This document shows, piece by piece, positions 27,543 through 42,906 of a stretch of 64,000 nucleotides of DNA. Position 1 is the first letter of the stretch. Each line of letters starts with the position of its first letter. Source of the DNA: the human T2T-CHM13v2.0 reference genome, Homo sapiens; assembly GCF_009914755.1 (NCBI RefSeq), contig NC_060931.1; one strand, 5' to 3'. The position numbers were made by a program, and so were the translations under genes. The notes under the pieces were generated by a model that saw only the letters and a list, made by a program, of their open reading frames with translations, searched no databases and was not told the DNA's origin.

Positions 27543-29201
27543 TAACCAGTGACAAAAACAGAACTGATGAACAAGAAGGGGTCCTCACTTTCCTACAAAA
27601 AGATATGGCCTTTTAGTCTCCAAGATTTCAGTGCTTGGAGCTATACTTGGCCTGCCTCAACACTGGAAACAGCCAAGAGAAGTTTCTGTGCTCACTAAGA
27701 GAAGAGAGATGCACTAAACATCGTGTTCTTTTTAATGGTCCTGATTATATATACCCAAGTACTTAAAGTCAAGTTTTTGAAAGATGCTTGCTTTCTTCTG
27801 TTAATTAGTCTAAAATCTAATGTTGGAAGGAAGAATCATGGACAGTGTGTTCCACACTCCCAAATTTATTAGAAAGGACAAAGCAGAAAGTTCTGAAGAG
27901 AGGGTGGGGAGAGAAACCCATCAGCCTTAATAAATGAGAGTAATACTTCTGTTCATAAATCAAGTTCAAAATAAACTATAAACCAGGATTACTAAACCAA
28001 TACATAAGAGCATTTCTATAAACCACAATCCTTACATGAACTCTGGGTTTTAGATTAGCATCTCTCTGAGCTCGCCTAAAACTTGTATAAAGTAAATCAC
28101 TGCAAATCCAAATCAAAAAAGTTTTATTTTTCAAACTACTGATTGTTCAGGTAGAGCATATATATATACATATATATATAATAATAACAAGATATAATCC
28201 CTATTAAATGAGGAGGTCTCCATTTACCAGCAGGAAGAGGTACTTTCAGATGGATGGAATTATATCTCAGACAACTTCTCAATGCTAAGCGTGATTCTGC
28301 AAGTTTAATTTACAGTCCTGTAAGTTAAGGCTCTATGAGCAACATGATTAGTGTCCTACAAAATGGCTCAGTTTAACTTAACCCATCACAGAAGTGCCTT
28401 CACATTCTGATCACTCTAGACTCAAACTTAAAGAAGTATAAGAAAGGAAAAGAAAACAGAATCACAAGACCACCATCCATATGCACTGCTTTAAAAATGT
28501 GCTGAAATTCTGAGAAGCAAAGGTGTGTCTGGAAAAGAAGAATCCAAAGAATAGCTGGACCAAGTCTGTGGTAGGTGGTCATGGGGCCACCAAGAAATAG
28601 GTTTGAGGCATCTGTGCATCTACACTGTATTTTGTATTGGGTTAAAAACTGGAAAAAACAAAACAAAACTTTAGGCAGCACTCATCCACTCTGGATAAAG
28701 AATAAATTCTCCATCTAACAGTGAGCTGGTGATAGGAATTATTTATAGATCATGTCATCTAAGCACCTAAAAAGATAAAAATATCATAGTGATTTTTATG
28801 AAGTTTACATTTTCAGAACTGCTTTGAAGCATATTTAGTGACTTAATGACATAAGCATTCCTTCAGCATTCCAGATAACAATAGAGGCATTGGAAATACA
28901 GGTGGAACCCTTTTTTTATCCTCATCGTGCCACATTAATTTTGTAAATAATACCACAACTGTGACTTCAAACACAATTAATCTGATATTTCTGCCACTAC
29001 AGCTTTTCAATGTTTTAGCTCTTGCTGTATACCACATATTAAACACACCTCCATCACAGACACACAGTTATACAACGTGTTATATATTATTACGTATATT
29101 ATGTTATATATTGATTCTACTGTAAGAATATCTAAGAAGACTAGGGTGCCCAAGAAGGGCTGAAAGGGAATCACAGAAGATTCTGACACATTTACAGTTT
29201 T

Positions 29202-29594
<393 letters not shown>

Positions 29595-29914
29595 TTAACT
29601 GCTTGACGGAAATGCCATTTTTTTTTCTTAGCTCAAAAGGGATCAATACGGCATGGGATGCTTTTAGATATATTTTTAACAGAATACAGCTAGAGGGATA
29701 AAATGCTAATTTTCTACACGTTGTCTTATGAACCACAGAGGAATAAATGGTGCCTCATCAGACATGTCTCAGTGGCAGAACTGGGGAGTGGTACCACCCT
29801 GAGTGGGAGGCAGGGCACCAACAACCCCTCCCAGCCTGTGCCACCACCCTGATTGCCCAGCACCCCCAAGGGACAATGCAGAGGCAGGCAGCTGGAGGGA
29901 CAGCTTAGCCTGGG

Positions 29915-30140
29915 CTCAAATCTGAAACACAGAAAGAGATAAGAGATGGACCAAATCCATCCCTGCTCCAACATTTGCTGCAAGGTAACCACAAGCAAAT
30001 GTCTTTATCTCTTAGGGCATTTGCTACAAAAGTGGAAACAGTAACAGCTACACCTCACAGGACTATTGTGAGAATTAAAAGACATATTGTGAATAAAATG
30101 CCTGGCGATAGCGCCCAGAGCATGCTTAAGGCTCTGTGAA
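29915..30140 (+). mobile_element. MIR SINE
   Basis: acacctcacaggactattgtgagaattaaa...atgcctggc. Confidence 0.65.
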
Positions 30141-30739
30141 TAGAAACGATTCCCATAAGTATCACTCTCTGATTTCTGGGCTTGTTCTCATTGGCAGTCC
30201 CTAGGTTATTTCTTGTCACCATGACCTTGCAAACCATATCATAAATATCCAGGCACTATTTGAGAAAAAAATACAACAATGTATACTTATTATACATAGT
30301 TGGTGAAAAGGGGTATATAATATTTAGCACAAATTCATTTTTTGAAAAAAAAATGTCTGCATATGTGGTTGAAAAAAAGTCTGAAAGGACATATACTGAT
30401 TTGTAAACATGGTAGGTTCTGAGTGGTTTAACTACAATCAACAGCTTTGTCTTTCCTTTTGCTTCTCTGTTTTTCTAATTTTTCTATAGTGAGCATACAC
30501 TCCATAGTTATATAAAAATATGAGAAATCAAAATTTTCATACATACTGAAAAACAAAATCATAAGATACTGCTGCTAAAATATCAGAACTAGTACAAACA
30601 CAATACCACCTCCAATGCAAAAGAACACGATGACATAAAACAGCACTCAAAGGTCAAGCACAGCCAGAGGACTCTCATGGCAGAGAGAAAGTGAACTTGA
30701 CCTTGAGCCCTAACTCAGCTCTTCCCCAGCCACAGCCCT

Positions 30740-32195
30740 CGGTGAGTCACTCATCTTGGGCCTCAGCTTACGACCGATTGATGTAACCATTTTTGCCCCA
30801 GTGGCAACACTTGCTAGGGATGACCAGTCCCTTCTCCTTGGAACACTCTGCCTTGGCTTCCAGGTCACTCCCTCCTGGCTTTTCCTTCCACCTCGGTGGT
30901 CCCTCCTTCTTGGTCTCCTTTACTGGTTCCCGGATCTCATCCAGTCTATTGTTTTAATGCCCACCATTCCCAAATGCCTATCTTCAGTCCTGACCTCTCT
31001 CCTGAACTCCAGAAGTGAATATCAAAAATTGCCCACTGGATGCTGGGCATGGTGGTATTTACCTATAGTTCTGGCTACTTAGGTGGCTGAGGTGGGAGGA
31101 TCCCTTGAGGCCGGCCAGGGGTTTGAGGCTGTAGTGTACTATGATCGCGCCTCTGAAAAGCCACTGCACTCCAGCATGGGAAGCAGAGCAAGATCCATCT
31201 CTAAAATATTTTTTTTTAATTGCCCACTGAAGATTATCATTTGGCATCCAACAGGCATCGCAAACTTAACCTGGCCAAAACAGAGATCCTGATTTCCATC
31301 TTCCTCCAAAACTTCCTCCAGCCAGTCACCCTCATCTTAGCGAATGCCAACCAAATCCTTCCAGTTGTTCAGGTCAACCACTCTGGAGTCATCCTTGGTT
31401 TCTTTCTTTCTCTCATACCTAAACCAAACCTGTTGACCTTATCTCTAAAATCTACCCAGAACTCTACCACTTCCCACCACCTTCACAACTACCACCTGGA
31501 CCAGGACCACTGGTTATCTTGTTACTGGACTATTGCAATCCCCTCTTAATCAGTCTCCCTGCTTCCACCCTTGTCCCCTCCAGTCTACTCGAGACACTGC
31601 AGCCAGAGTCACACTATTAAAGCACCCATTCATCCATCCTGTCCTCCTCTTCTCAAGGGCCACTGGCTCCCCATCTCCCAGAGAGTAAATGCCTCAAAAG
31701 CGCAAACTGGCCTACGTGGGTGCCCACCACGACCTTATCTCCCCCTGCCCTCTTTCTCACTCACTCCAGCCCCACTGGCCTCCCTGCAGTTCCTCCAGCA
31801 CACCGGGCAGGCTCCCACCTCAGGGCCCCAGTCCGAGCTGTTCCCTCTACTTGGAATGCTGTTCTCCCAGCTGGCCACCTTCCCACTTCCTGCAGGTCAT
31901 TACTCAAATGTCTTCTCCCTGGGGCGACTCCCCAGCCACCCTAGGTAGTACTGTGACAACCCCACACTCCCCCTCTCCACTTTCCTTATCTTACTTTTCT
32001 CCATGGCAGTTTCATTTCCCAACATAACTTTTGTTTCACTCACTTCATTTATTTGTGGTCTGTCTCCCTACAGCTAACACATAAATTCCACAAAAACAGG
32101 ATTTCTTTATTGTTTTGTTCCCAATTGTATCCTTTGTACCTAGGACAGGGCCTGGCAAATACTAGGCACTCAATAAATGTTTACTGAATAAACAA
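30740..32195 (+). mobile_element. L2 (L2a-like) 3' portion, interrupted by FAM
   Basis: Long C/T-rich L2 sequence ending gggcctggcaaatactaggcactcaataaatgtttactgaataaa. Confidence 0.85.
31042..31207 (+). mobile_element. FAM (fossil Alu monomer)
   Basis: Single monomer with the 7SL-retained segment gatcgcgcctctgaaaagccactgcactccagc; TSD AATTGCCCACTG at 31027-31038 and 31218-31229. Confidence 0.85.
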
Positions 32196-35100
32196 ATAGG
32201 ATTTAACAACCTGCCCTTACATGTCTGAGTTACATAAGAAGCCCACAAAATAAGGAATGTAAATGTAACTACTTAATAATTTGTCACTTAGATAAACATG
32301 TGGATAGTGTTACTATTATCACTGTTGTATTGAAGATATGTCCCAGTTCTGCCAGATGTGGCCTTATTCATGCTTGACCTGTGATTCTCCACCTCCCTCC
32401 TACTTTATTTATTTCAGTACCAAGGTTGGTAACTGAGAATTCCTACAACATTAGGATTCTGGAACGTATTAGGTTCGCAGACCCACTCAATGTCCAACCC
32501 TACAAATAATTATCTGAATCTTCCCATTTTTGTCTTCCCATGGGGAAGAATAAGGGGAGATTAAAAGATTAAACGTCATCACCGAAGAGTGCAAACAGTG
32601 CCTATTCTTTCTTTACTGTGCATCAGAAATAGTATACCACTTAACCTAAGGCAGCTCAGGGTAGAAGACTCTGCCCTTGACTTTTGCTTAGCCCTCATGA
32701 AACAACCATGTCTCACCCGAGGTGGATTTCTGTGTGACCTCTCAATAGACAATAGCTTGGGTTCAGCTCAGAGATCTTCATCTGGAAACCAAGAGTATTT
32801 AAAATATGCCAGTAACTCTAGGAGATACAGAAAACTGCATGTTAGGTTATGACATGTCCGGATTTTTTTTTAGAGACACCAAACAGAAATGATACAGAGT
32901 TAAAAAAAACAAACAAGAACTCTCCTCTAAATGCCAAAGTCTCTTGGCAAGTAGAAAACTCTACCTGAAGACAATTTTGCTGACCCATATTCCATCTTGG
33001 TTAGAAATAGTTGTTTGGAACTCTTCTCTGTAAGTTCAAAGGAACTATAGCCCTTTCGAGGTCAATAACAGTACCTTTTACTTACAAAACTAACATTTAG
33101 TTACCGCAGATAAACTGCAAAGCATTGTGACTCCTGGTGAGGAAGGTAATTAATCTAACTGAGCTGAACACATAACGGTTTTCGAGTGGATAAAACTGCA
33201 CCTTGGGACACTTGAGCCCAGCAGCAATGCCTGCCCTATTTCAGGAATGCGCAGAGTTGATAGGAAGGCAGCTGCACTGAGTTCACCTTTTAGTTTGACA
33301 AAAGGATTTCCTTCGTCACACCCTAAGGCTCCTTTAGAAAGAAGCAACTTATAAAATTATATCCTGTTAAATACCCTAATATCAAAGTGGGAAACTGACC
33401 GATTTAAGACTTAATCAGCTTAATTGTAAGATTTTGCCTGTCAGCAACATACCAAGCTTGACTTGCTCCTCTCATCTCATTGCATTGAGTCTGTGTTACC
33501 ACAGACGCAAGAGGAAGAGTCTACCAGAAAGAATTATACAAGCGGCTACAGAAAAAGCTTTCATTTCTCACTTTATCAAAGTGACTCGATGAGCACACAG
33601 CATCTCATCCTCATCAACCGTGGCTTCTTTCTTCATTAAAAGTAAACCAAACAAACAAAAAGCTATTTTGCATTTGGACTCTCTTCCAGGAGTAACAACA
33701 TATTCCCAAGAAAAATGAGGTAGCATGGGAAACTGTTTTAAGGATGACACACTGGCAAGCTCACGATCGGTTCTGCTAGGATCCAATCCAAGCACATGTG
33801 GAGGTTTTCAGTAGGTAACAAGAATAACCTTCACTGTGAATGCTGTCTTACAGGTTATTTCAGCGTTTAAAATGCTTTATTTATGATAGTAAAACTAGAG
33901 AAAATAAATGAATCCATATCAGACCAAAGGATTACAAATAAATCCCCTAGTATTGTTGATGTGGCATTTTTCCTTCCGAAGAGCAATGGTTTTTCTTTTC
34001 ACTTGCTTTTGGTATTGGTTTAACTCCACATTGGGGTTGATATTTTCATCACACAAAAGTCAGGAAATCTGGAGTTAATGTTCCAATAGCCACTCTCCCA
34101 ACAACCTCTGACGCAGACATGCACCTGGCTTGCTGAGCAGCAACGTCCCAATTACCACATGTCATCATTTCAATAAATAGAACTCAAGTGTTACAAGACA
34201 ACAGCGAGTTCTAGGGAGACACAGGATCTGACACGTGTTAATACCTCATTATACACCCAAGCCTTCTGCCAAGCAGAAGAAACACAGGATCACCTTCTAA
34301 CATAAACATTATAGGCCTTTCTTGCTATGGGGATCAAGTCCAGTATATTTTTCATTCACCATATGGTCATTTCCCTCCACTGCAAAGGAGATGCAGTGAA
34401 TAAAAGCTATGTTAGGATAGCAATATGCTTGACAATTTTAAACAAACCAGTGAGGCAGATCACTTACGGTTTTCATACCAAGCATACCTCTGAAGGCTGC
34501 ATATAAATACTCCTTTCAGCTGTGAGCACCATGCACCCCGATAGGAAATACTGTACTATATATATAAGCAAGAGACACAGCATTCCACTGACTTAGGAAA
34601 CACAGGTTCAGACTTTTACACTTTCATCTTCCATGCAGGCCCCATGGTCTAGTGGGCTAGCACAAGGCTGGAACTGGAGGAATCTGAGAGTTAGTTACAG
34701 GACTGCCTTGGTTCCTCACAGATTTTGAGTTCAGGAAAATTATGTAAATTATACCTCGGTTCTTTATTTCTGGAAGAGGGAACAAAGTGACTACAAATTC
34801 CTAATTGCAGCAGAAGCATCTAAGCTTTGATGACTCAAGCTGCCAACATCGAATTAATCTGCCACCTGATTCTCCCAGTTTTACAGGTGTGCTTTATATT
34901 TGTCCCTCAAACACCAACCAATCCACAAACATCCCACTAGAGTACGTTTCCAGCACTTAGTGAGTGAAGTATCTTGAAGGTATTTCTCATCATGGGCAGA
35001 GTTTTACAACCAGTCTCTTGAAGCACTTTTGTGTATTTCAAAAACCATGACCTACTACAGAAATGTGAGCCCATATAGTAGCTGAGGCAAGTCACCTGTG

Positions 35101-36312
35101 GAGAATACAACCAGGAACACCTTGGTATCAGATGTACTTTACTAAAGTGCTTTGGGGCGCTGAGAATGTTCTCAGTATCTGTACTCACTGTGCTTCTCCC
35201 TCCAAATTGATGAAACCTAAACTGGAGATGTGTTTCATGACATACAGCATGAAACAGCCAGGAATATAGGAATCTAGTGTCTCCATGGGCTTCAACTTCT
35301 CAAGCCAAAAATTACACTGTAGCTATCTAAGCCAGAGGCCACCATGGCAGACCAACAGAAACAAGGCAAAATTAAGTGAACGTAGTCAACCCAAGGCACA
35401 TACACAAAATGAGGACATAAGGACCTCACAGGTTACAACATTATCAGAACAAAATGCCATTCAATAGTGGTTCAAAGGAAAGAATACACAGAGACACCAT
35501 TTCCGTTGTTAGACACACATATCTAATGTAGTTTACTGCCAGAGAATGCATACGGAGTTCCACTTTACAGACCCTACGATGGACCTAAAGCATTTTCACA
35601 GAGATGACTTATTAAAACTAAAATAAATGGTGGCCTACAAATGAAACCAGAGACATAAGCGTAAAGGCTTAGGATCCAGCACCACACCCAGGCACGCCTC
35701 ACTTCCCTGAGCTCAGAAGGCATTTGCTCCATCACGGCTAAAACAATGAGCTCCCAGGTCCCAGAGGCCCACTGATCAGACCTGGGGGGTGGGATGCAGT
35801 AACTCTCTTCTTCAGAGGACAGGCTTTTCCAGATGGCAGTGTGACAACACAACCTCAATTCTGCAACTGGTTCTCTGCACTATCTTTATTGTACCCACTG
35901 AGTCACTCAACAAGTATTTCCTCAGCCCTTGCTCTGCCAGGCACTGGACTTGGCATTACATTTTCCTAGTCGAGACAGTCATATCCAGGCCCAGTTAATG
36001 CCCCGATTGGATTAACCTTCCAACCTCTCTTCATGCTTACCCTTCCAGCAATGCCAAATTCATTCAGTCCCCAAGGTCACTGGCATCCTAGTTTCAAATG
36101 AGGAGCCTCGTCATGGTGCTCCTATTATTACATTTTGGTGGCAGGATAGCCCCTGCCCTTGGTTTCCAAGCTCATCTCTCTATAATCAAAACAACTCATG
36201 TTGTCTTTACTCTTCCCTGCCAGTTCTCTCTGCTCCTCTAACATTCACTTGCTCAGTTTCTTACGGATCTGATCATCCCATGAGGCAGCCTGATCAAGGA
36301 GGGCCTGTCCTC

Positions 36313-37128
36313 TGTGGAGAAAATGAAACCCTTGTGCACTGTTGGCAGGAATGTAAACTGGTATAGCCACTATGGAAAAAACAGTACGAAGGTGCCTCAA
36401 AATATTAAAAACAGAACTACTGTGTGATCCAGCAACCCCACTTCTGGATAGATGCCCAAAGAACAAAAAATCAGTATCTCAAAGAGATACCTGCACTCCT
36501 GTGTTCACTGACGCATTATTCTCAATAGCTAAGCCATGGAAACAACCTAAGTGTCCATCGATGGATAAACAGATTTTAAAAATTGTGGTATTCATACACA
36601 ATGGAAATTATTCAGTCATAAAAAAAGGAAACTGCCATTTGCAATAACATGAATGAACCTTGAGGGCATTATTCTAAATGAAAAAGTCAGACACAGAAAG
36701 ACAAGTACTGTATGATCTCACTTATATGTGGGAACTAAGAAAGTCGAACTCATAGAAACAGAGGGTAGAATTAGAATGGTGGTTGCCAGGGGCTGGGGGT
36801 GGATGGCTGGAGGAGGAATAGGAAGCCATTAGCTAAAGGATATAAACTTCCAGTTATAAGATGAATAATTCTGGGGATGTAATTAATAGCACAGTAACTA
36901 TCGTTAACAATACTGTTTTACATACTTGAAAGCTGGTGAGAGGGCTGGTCTTCAATGTTTTCACCACACACACAAAGATAACTATGTGAGGTGATGGGTC
37001 AGTTAATTAGCTGGTTTCTGGTAATCATTCCACAATGTCGACATATATCAAAACATCACATTGTATATGGTAAATACATTCACTTTTAATTCATCAGTGA
37101 TACCTCAATAAAGCGGGGAAAAATAAAA
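36313..37128 (+). mobile_element. L1 3' end (L1MA9/MB-like)
   Basis: ORF2 C-terminal remnant (ELLCDPATPLL...WKQPKCPS), 3' UTR and ctcaataaagc...aaaa end. Confidence 0.9.
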
Positions 37129-37279
37129 TTGAAATTTAAAAAAATAATAATTTAAAAACCGGCCTATCCTTTTCCTTATTCAGGTAACTGATACGCCGCA
37201 TGCCTACATATTTCATCTGATAACCCATAAACGCTCTCTCAAGGTATATCAACCACCTGCCCAGGAAAAAAACATCTGT

Positions 37280-37450
37280 AATAACAATAGCACTGAATAC
37301 TGTAAAGCACTTCCAATTATACCATCTCAATCCATCCTCAACACTGTGAAATGGCTATTACTTAACTCATTTTACACACAAGGAAACTAAGGTTTGTACA
37401 AATTAACTAGTCCTAGATAATAGAGCTAGTGAATGGCTGAACTGGGACTC
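37280..37450 (-). mobile_element. MIR SINE
   Basis: cattttacacacaaggaaactaagg...gagctagtgaatggctgaactgggactc. Confidence 0.75.
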
Positions 37451-37826
37451 ACTCTGTCAATAGGCTGCTAAATAATGGTCCTTCCATCACCCACTCTGCC
37501 AACCCCTGTTCAGTATTAGCCATGAGAGACTGCGGGGATGGAGGGCACTCACCTTGCCTCATCTCCCGAAGGCCAAACAGGGCCAACAACTGAAGAGAGA
37601 ATCAGCCAAGCCAAAAGAGATGGGCATATGAAGACTTGAATCCTAAACAGCCTAAGTGAATTTAAAAAAGTAGTAGTATCCAACGAGAAGTTGTCAGAAA
37701 AGAACTCAGAATGAAGCTGCAAAGGTTACATTACAAACTACACTAGATATTTTTTTAAGGAACAGTTGCACGTCACACACATTTATCAATAAAAAGGAAA
37801 ACATTCATTTGACTCCTGAAGAGTTA

Positions 37827-38170
<344 letters not shown>

Positions 38171-38190
<20 letters not shown>

Positions 38191-38417
38191 GAGAAAAAGG
38201 AAAGGAAAGGAAAGGAAAGGAAAGGAAAGGAAAAGGAAAGGAAAAGGAAAAGGAAAAGGAAAGGAAAAGGAAAAGGAAAAGGAAAAGGAAAAGGAAAGGG
38301 AAAGGGAAAGGGAAAGGGAAAGGGAAAGGGAAAGGGAAAAGGAAAAGGAAAAGGAAAGGAAAAGGAAAAGGAAAGGAAAGGAAAGGAAAAGGAAAGGAAA
38401 GGAAAGGAAAAGAAAAG
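38171..38417 (+). repeat. Alu-tail derived (AAAGG/AAAAGG/AAAGGG)n polypurine repeat
   Basis: 247 consecutive purines. Confidence 0.97.
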
Positions 38418-41299
38418 TTAGTTTAAAAACAAATAAGCAAAAAATCCAGGATTCTCAGGCTGAGATGTTAGAGTTCAGTTACCAAGGTGTGAATGGGACG
38501 GTGCTTTCTGCCTCAGTGTCCTGAAGACTAAGACGTGGTGATGTGCCCACATGGCTGGCCACAGGGTAGCATGATATCTCAGTCACCTAAAATCACACTC
38601 GCAACCCGGGAGCCTTGCCTGGGAGGGACTTCTAATTCCATCCAAAAGTTTTGTTCGCCTCTTATTTTTGTAAAGATAGCAGTAAAAACTACCACTGGTA
38701 ATACATTTAAAATTAAAAACTAGGGTGGGGGAAAATGCTTGCAATCTGGTCAACAAGATGGACAAACGACCCTGATTTTCTGGCTTTGAGTTTCCTGAGG
38801 ACTCTGCTACAGTAGACAACCAGATCTGGCTGAAGAAAAGTAAGGAATTCATAGAAAATCTTGGTCTATTTTATGCTTGATACAACCCGAGTATCAAAGT
38901 ATTCATAGATAAAGGGATAGTCTGTTGTTTTCCTACTTAGCAAAGTAATGCTAATCCAGTTAAGTTAAATAAATACTTATTGCAAATCTACCGTAGGCTT
39001 GCCTGCATCCTTGCCACATCTGGTTATAGGCACAGAAGTAACAAACAGAAAATATTCATTTGCTTCCATGTTTCTACTTTCTGACCACTGAAGACATTTC
39101 TCTTTAGGGTTCTGTTTTATTTATTAGGGTTTTGTTACATTTTATTTATGTGTTTGTTTATTAATTCATTTGGTGAGCTTTTTATTGAGGAAGAACATGC
39201 AATAAAGGATTTTCCTTCAGTTTTATGGTAAAATATAAAACTAGGCCTTTATAAAATATCATCGCTTTCTATCACATGATAGCTATGTCTTTGAATAAGT
39301 CACAATGCTTCTTTGAGGAGGTTCCTCAGTAAAAGGCGGATAATAAAATCTATGCTATTCATCTTAAAGTGGTTTTCTGAAGGCCAAATCAAATGATGAA
39401 TCAAAAAGTGCTCTGTAAGTATTAGAGGATATTGTTACTTATTATTAGCATAGATACCTATGGATCAGAAAACCTAATAACAACAACAGTGTATTTACCT
39501 TCAGGAGACTTCCCAGGGGTGTGTGTGTGCATGCAGCATGCATGCATGTGCATGTGTGTATGTGTTACCAGCAGGAGAAGTAGGGTGGCTCTGTGCCTTG
39601 CAGCCAGGGTGATCATTTCCCAGGTACAACCATATTTCTGCAAGCATCAGAGTTCAAGGAAGAAACAAGACTTGGGACAGCTGTCTATATGCCTGACCTA
39701 GAATTGTGTAGTATTATGGTGCTATACCAACATCTAATTTTTAATCGTTCCAACTCTAGAGCTGTTTTTTCACTTTGCTCTTGTTTCCAGAGCTTGACTG
39801 GTGGCAAAGGATACTTGAAACGTCCCAAACCTATGATTTTATGATCATGAGGTGTCTTCGCCTCTCCCCTGCTGGTGACAGATACTTGGCTGTCCCAGAG
39901 TTACTTAGAACAAATACCACTAGGAAAGAACTTTCTGAAGAAACCTTAGTGGCCTCCAAATTGGCAACGGAAAGAAACCAAAAGTTAGTGGAGGTGAAGT
40001 CACTGACATAACAATGGAGGCCAGTTTCATTAGTTTCATTCACTGAAGCAAAACTTGGACCAGAAGACTCATTATTCAAACCAGATGCTGATTTTGTAAC
40101 ATCCATTTCAGTGATGAACTGTCTCCATTTTCTTTTTATTTTGAATATGCAATATTACAAAGCAGACAAATCACATTAATAAGAGCACACTTAAAGTTTG
40201 TAAAGTTGGTTTTAAAAAGAACTGAGTGTAGAAAATCTGTTTTCAAAAGTTTATTGCCAAAAGCATTTTTTTTTAAATTTTTAAATCATGTGACAAAAGA
40301 AATGCTACAATTGGTTTAAGATAAGATCAATTATGGGCAGCAATGAAATTACCTTTTAATGATAATTAGCCCCAAACTTGATTACTGTCAGCTTGAATTA
40401 TCTGGTCATAAGGCATACAAAGTACTGTGTTCATCTGTCTCAAACAAGAATGAATGGTGGGCCCGCCCAGGTTAGCAGTCAAATAAGATGGGAGGCAGGG
40501 GAGGAAGGGGAGCAAATGAGGCAAAGAAGGCTGACCGTACAGACCTCGAGTGCTTAAGAGAAAGCAAACATCATAAAAATTTGTATCAAGCACAAAACTC
40601 ACTTTTAAAAACAGCCTGCTGATAAACTTCCTCTTAAAAATGATGATTCTGTATCTCTTGTCAAAAGAATGACGAGGATCTCAACCCCAGAAAAAATAGT
40701 GAGCCTCTCCAGGGAGAAACTGAACCAGGTCAAGCTCAGGAGAATATGAAAGCAGAACAAGGGGAATGGAGCCTGGAAAGATGACCTGCGCCTCTGGACA
40801 TAATCTTGAAGGGGAAATGGGAACCCGCCTCCAGTTCAGGGCATTCAGAGATGACACAGCCTTGTTGTGCAACATCCAGGTTCGTTCTCAGAGTCCGGCC
40901 TGTTGAATCGGTATCCTACAAACAAGGCAGTGTAACTTCTGGGGGCCCAATTCTGTTGCTTTATGGCGACAGACTACAGTATTTAGAGATGGAAATGATC
41001 GCCAGCCTCGTTTTACAAACAGGACCAAGGAGGCAGAGTGAATCCTCATGGGACTAACTAATGGCAAAGCCAGTTCTCCAACCCACGTGTCCCGACTCCT
41101 TTACCCAGCTGCTCCTGTCCTCTCTCCCTGGGCTAGTGGTGAGGCTCTGAAGAACAGTTACTAACACTGCTGCTGAGGAGCACTCACTCACCACAGTCTG
41201 CCCACTACGAAAGGACATACTCCTCTCTGACCTTGGGCGTTCTCACCTGGTTATTCAACACCAGATACCTGCAGAAGAAAATCTGTATTCATATCGGAG

Positions 41300-41530
41300 C
41301 TATAACTCCTATTTACCAAAACCTACTATGGACCAGGCACAGTGCTAGGCCCCTGCATTCATTCACCTCTTGTAATGCCTATAACTTAGGATGTGTTTAA
41401 GCCTCATTTTACTCAATAATGAGGGCTTAAAGATGTGAAGTAGCTTGCGAAGTCCACACCACTACGTAGTGACAGTCCTAGGTTCAGACTGGTTTTTCTA
41501 GCCACTGAAGGTACTGTACTTTCTACTACA
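41300..41530 (-). mobile_element. MIR SINE
   Basis: cctactatggaccaggcacagtgctagg...gtgaagtagcttgcgaagtccacaccactacgtagtgacag. Confidence 0.75.
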
Positions 41531-42374
41531 CTACTAGCTCTCAAAATTTTGCTAAAGAAAGAGCTCCTCATTCAGCTGATTATGAGAGCTGCACAGGAAG
41601 CTTTACCTGATGAAAATATCCGGATCTCTATATATGAAATAAGTAGATTCTGAACAATGGCAATAATGCTTCTAAAATCTTGGAGGGTAAACACAGGCCC
41701 TTTCAGTTTACTTTGCTAAAGAGAGAAGTTTCTTGCAAAATTCTAATTTTTCCTTCCAAAAATCTTTACTCCACATAGTTTGGGTATTGTTTATTATTCT
41801 TCATTTCTTTTTAGAACAAAAGCTTAACACAACAGAAGAGAAGGACAATGGGAATATTAACAAGCAAGAATAACTTTCCACGGAGTTGGTAACCGAAGTA
41901 AGATCCCACAGACCAGACTGTGGAGAACTTCATTATTCCAGCTCACTGCCTCCTTGGAGCTGGCCATGCTCCACTGATGCTTTCACCTTCTGGCAACCAC
42001 CTGCTACCTTTACCTTCTGCAAACGCAGGCACCTGGCCAGCCTGGAGAATTCTGCTCTCTGAACAGAACACAGATAATTCCCATCTTCCAGTCTGAACAC
42101 AGCCCTGAAAACTAGAACTCACTGCGGGTTTGGTGCTACTGACATCTCTGCAGTTTGTAATCTTCTGCTTGCAGGGAGGCTGGCTTGTTCAAAGCTAGAA
42201 CACTCCAAAGAGGCCTATTCTTAATCAAGGAAGGCTGACAGGTTGGAGCCTGCTTTCCTCAATATATAGATTAGACAAACAGAAGCATCATCAAGGCAAA
42301 CTGGGCATGGTGTACTGTCAACCAAATACAACCAACTTCTTTTTAGGTTTTTTTTTTTTTCTTTCTACTTTTAG

Positions 42375-42900
42375 GGTTTATTTACTGGCAGTTTCAGGTC
42401 TGGAAATACAAAAAGGAACATGACATGGGTTCTGCCCTTGAGGTGCTCCCAGTCTGGTGAGGGACACAACACCTTTCAGGGGACAACCGTGGTACTGAGG
42501 ATGAGTGTGAGAACACAGAGGTCTACTAGATGCTATAAGAAAATGGGACAGGGGAACTAGGGATGCCTCATCAAAAAAGGTGCCACGTGAACGGGGCTTA
42601 TAGATGAGTAGGAATTTTCTGGGCAACAAAATGGGGGTGAAAGGACATTCCAAACAGAAAGAACAGTGTGTTCAGAGACTCAAATTTATCAAGAGGCCTG
42701 CAGTCCAGGGAGTAAAGAGAAGCAGCGTTTGTATGTGCAGGGAAGGGGAATGGGTTAAAGGAAGGATCTCAGAGACTATTTACAAAGGGTCTCTGTAGGC
42801 ATGTAGGAGGCAAGAGGTTTTAAAGCAGTGAAATGACACATGTAGGTTCTGTTGTTGTTTTTAAGTAATTCTGGCAGACATGCTGACTGTGGATAGGAGG
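42375..42900 (-). mobile_element. L2 fragment
   Basis: ctgcccttgaggtgctcccagtctggtgaggga...ggacattccaaacagaaagaacagtgtgttcagag. Confidence 0.7.
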
Positions 42901-42906
42901 CTACAT

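Noticed and set aside
33565-33660. Exon-like minus-strand stretch (KEATVDEDEMLCAHRVTLIK)
   Set aside because: Weak acceptor (aatgaag) and weak donor; no homology recognised
39862-39880. Partial CTCF-like motif CCAGCAGGGGAGAG (minus strand)
   Set aside because: Lacks the GGC core end
39775-40106. Overlapping ORFs and a plus-strand acceptor (ttgtttccag at 39790)
   Set aside because: No recognisable protein and no convincing matching donor
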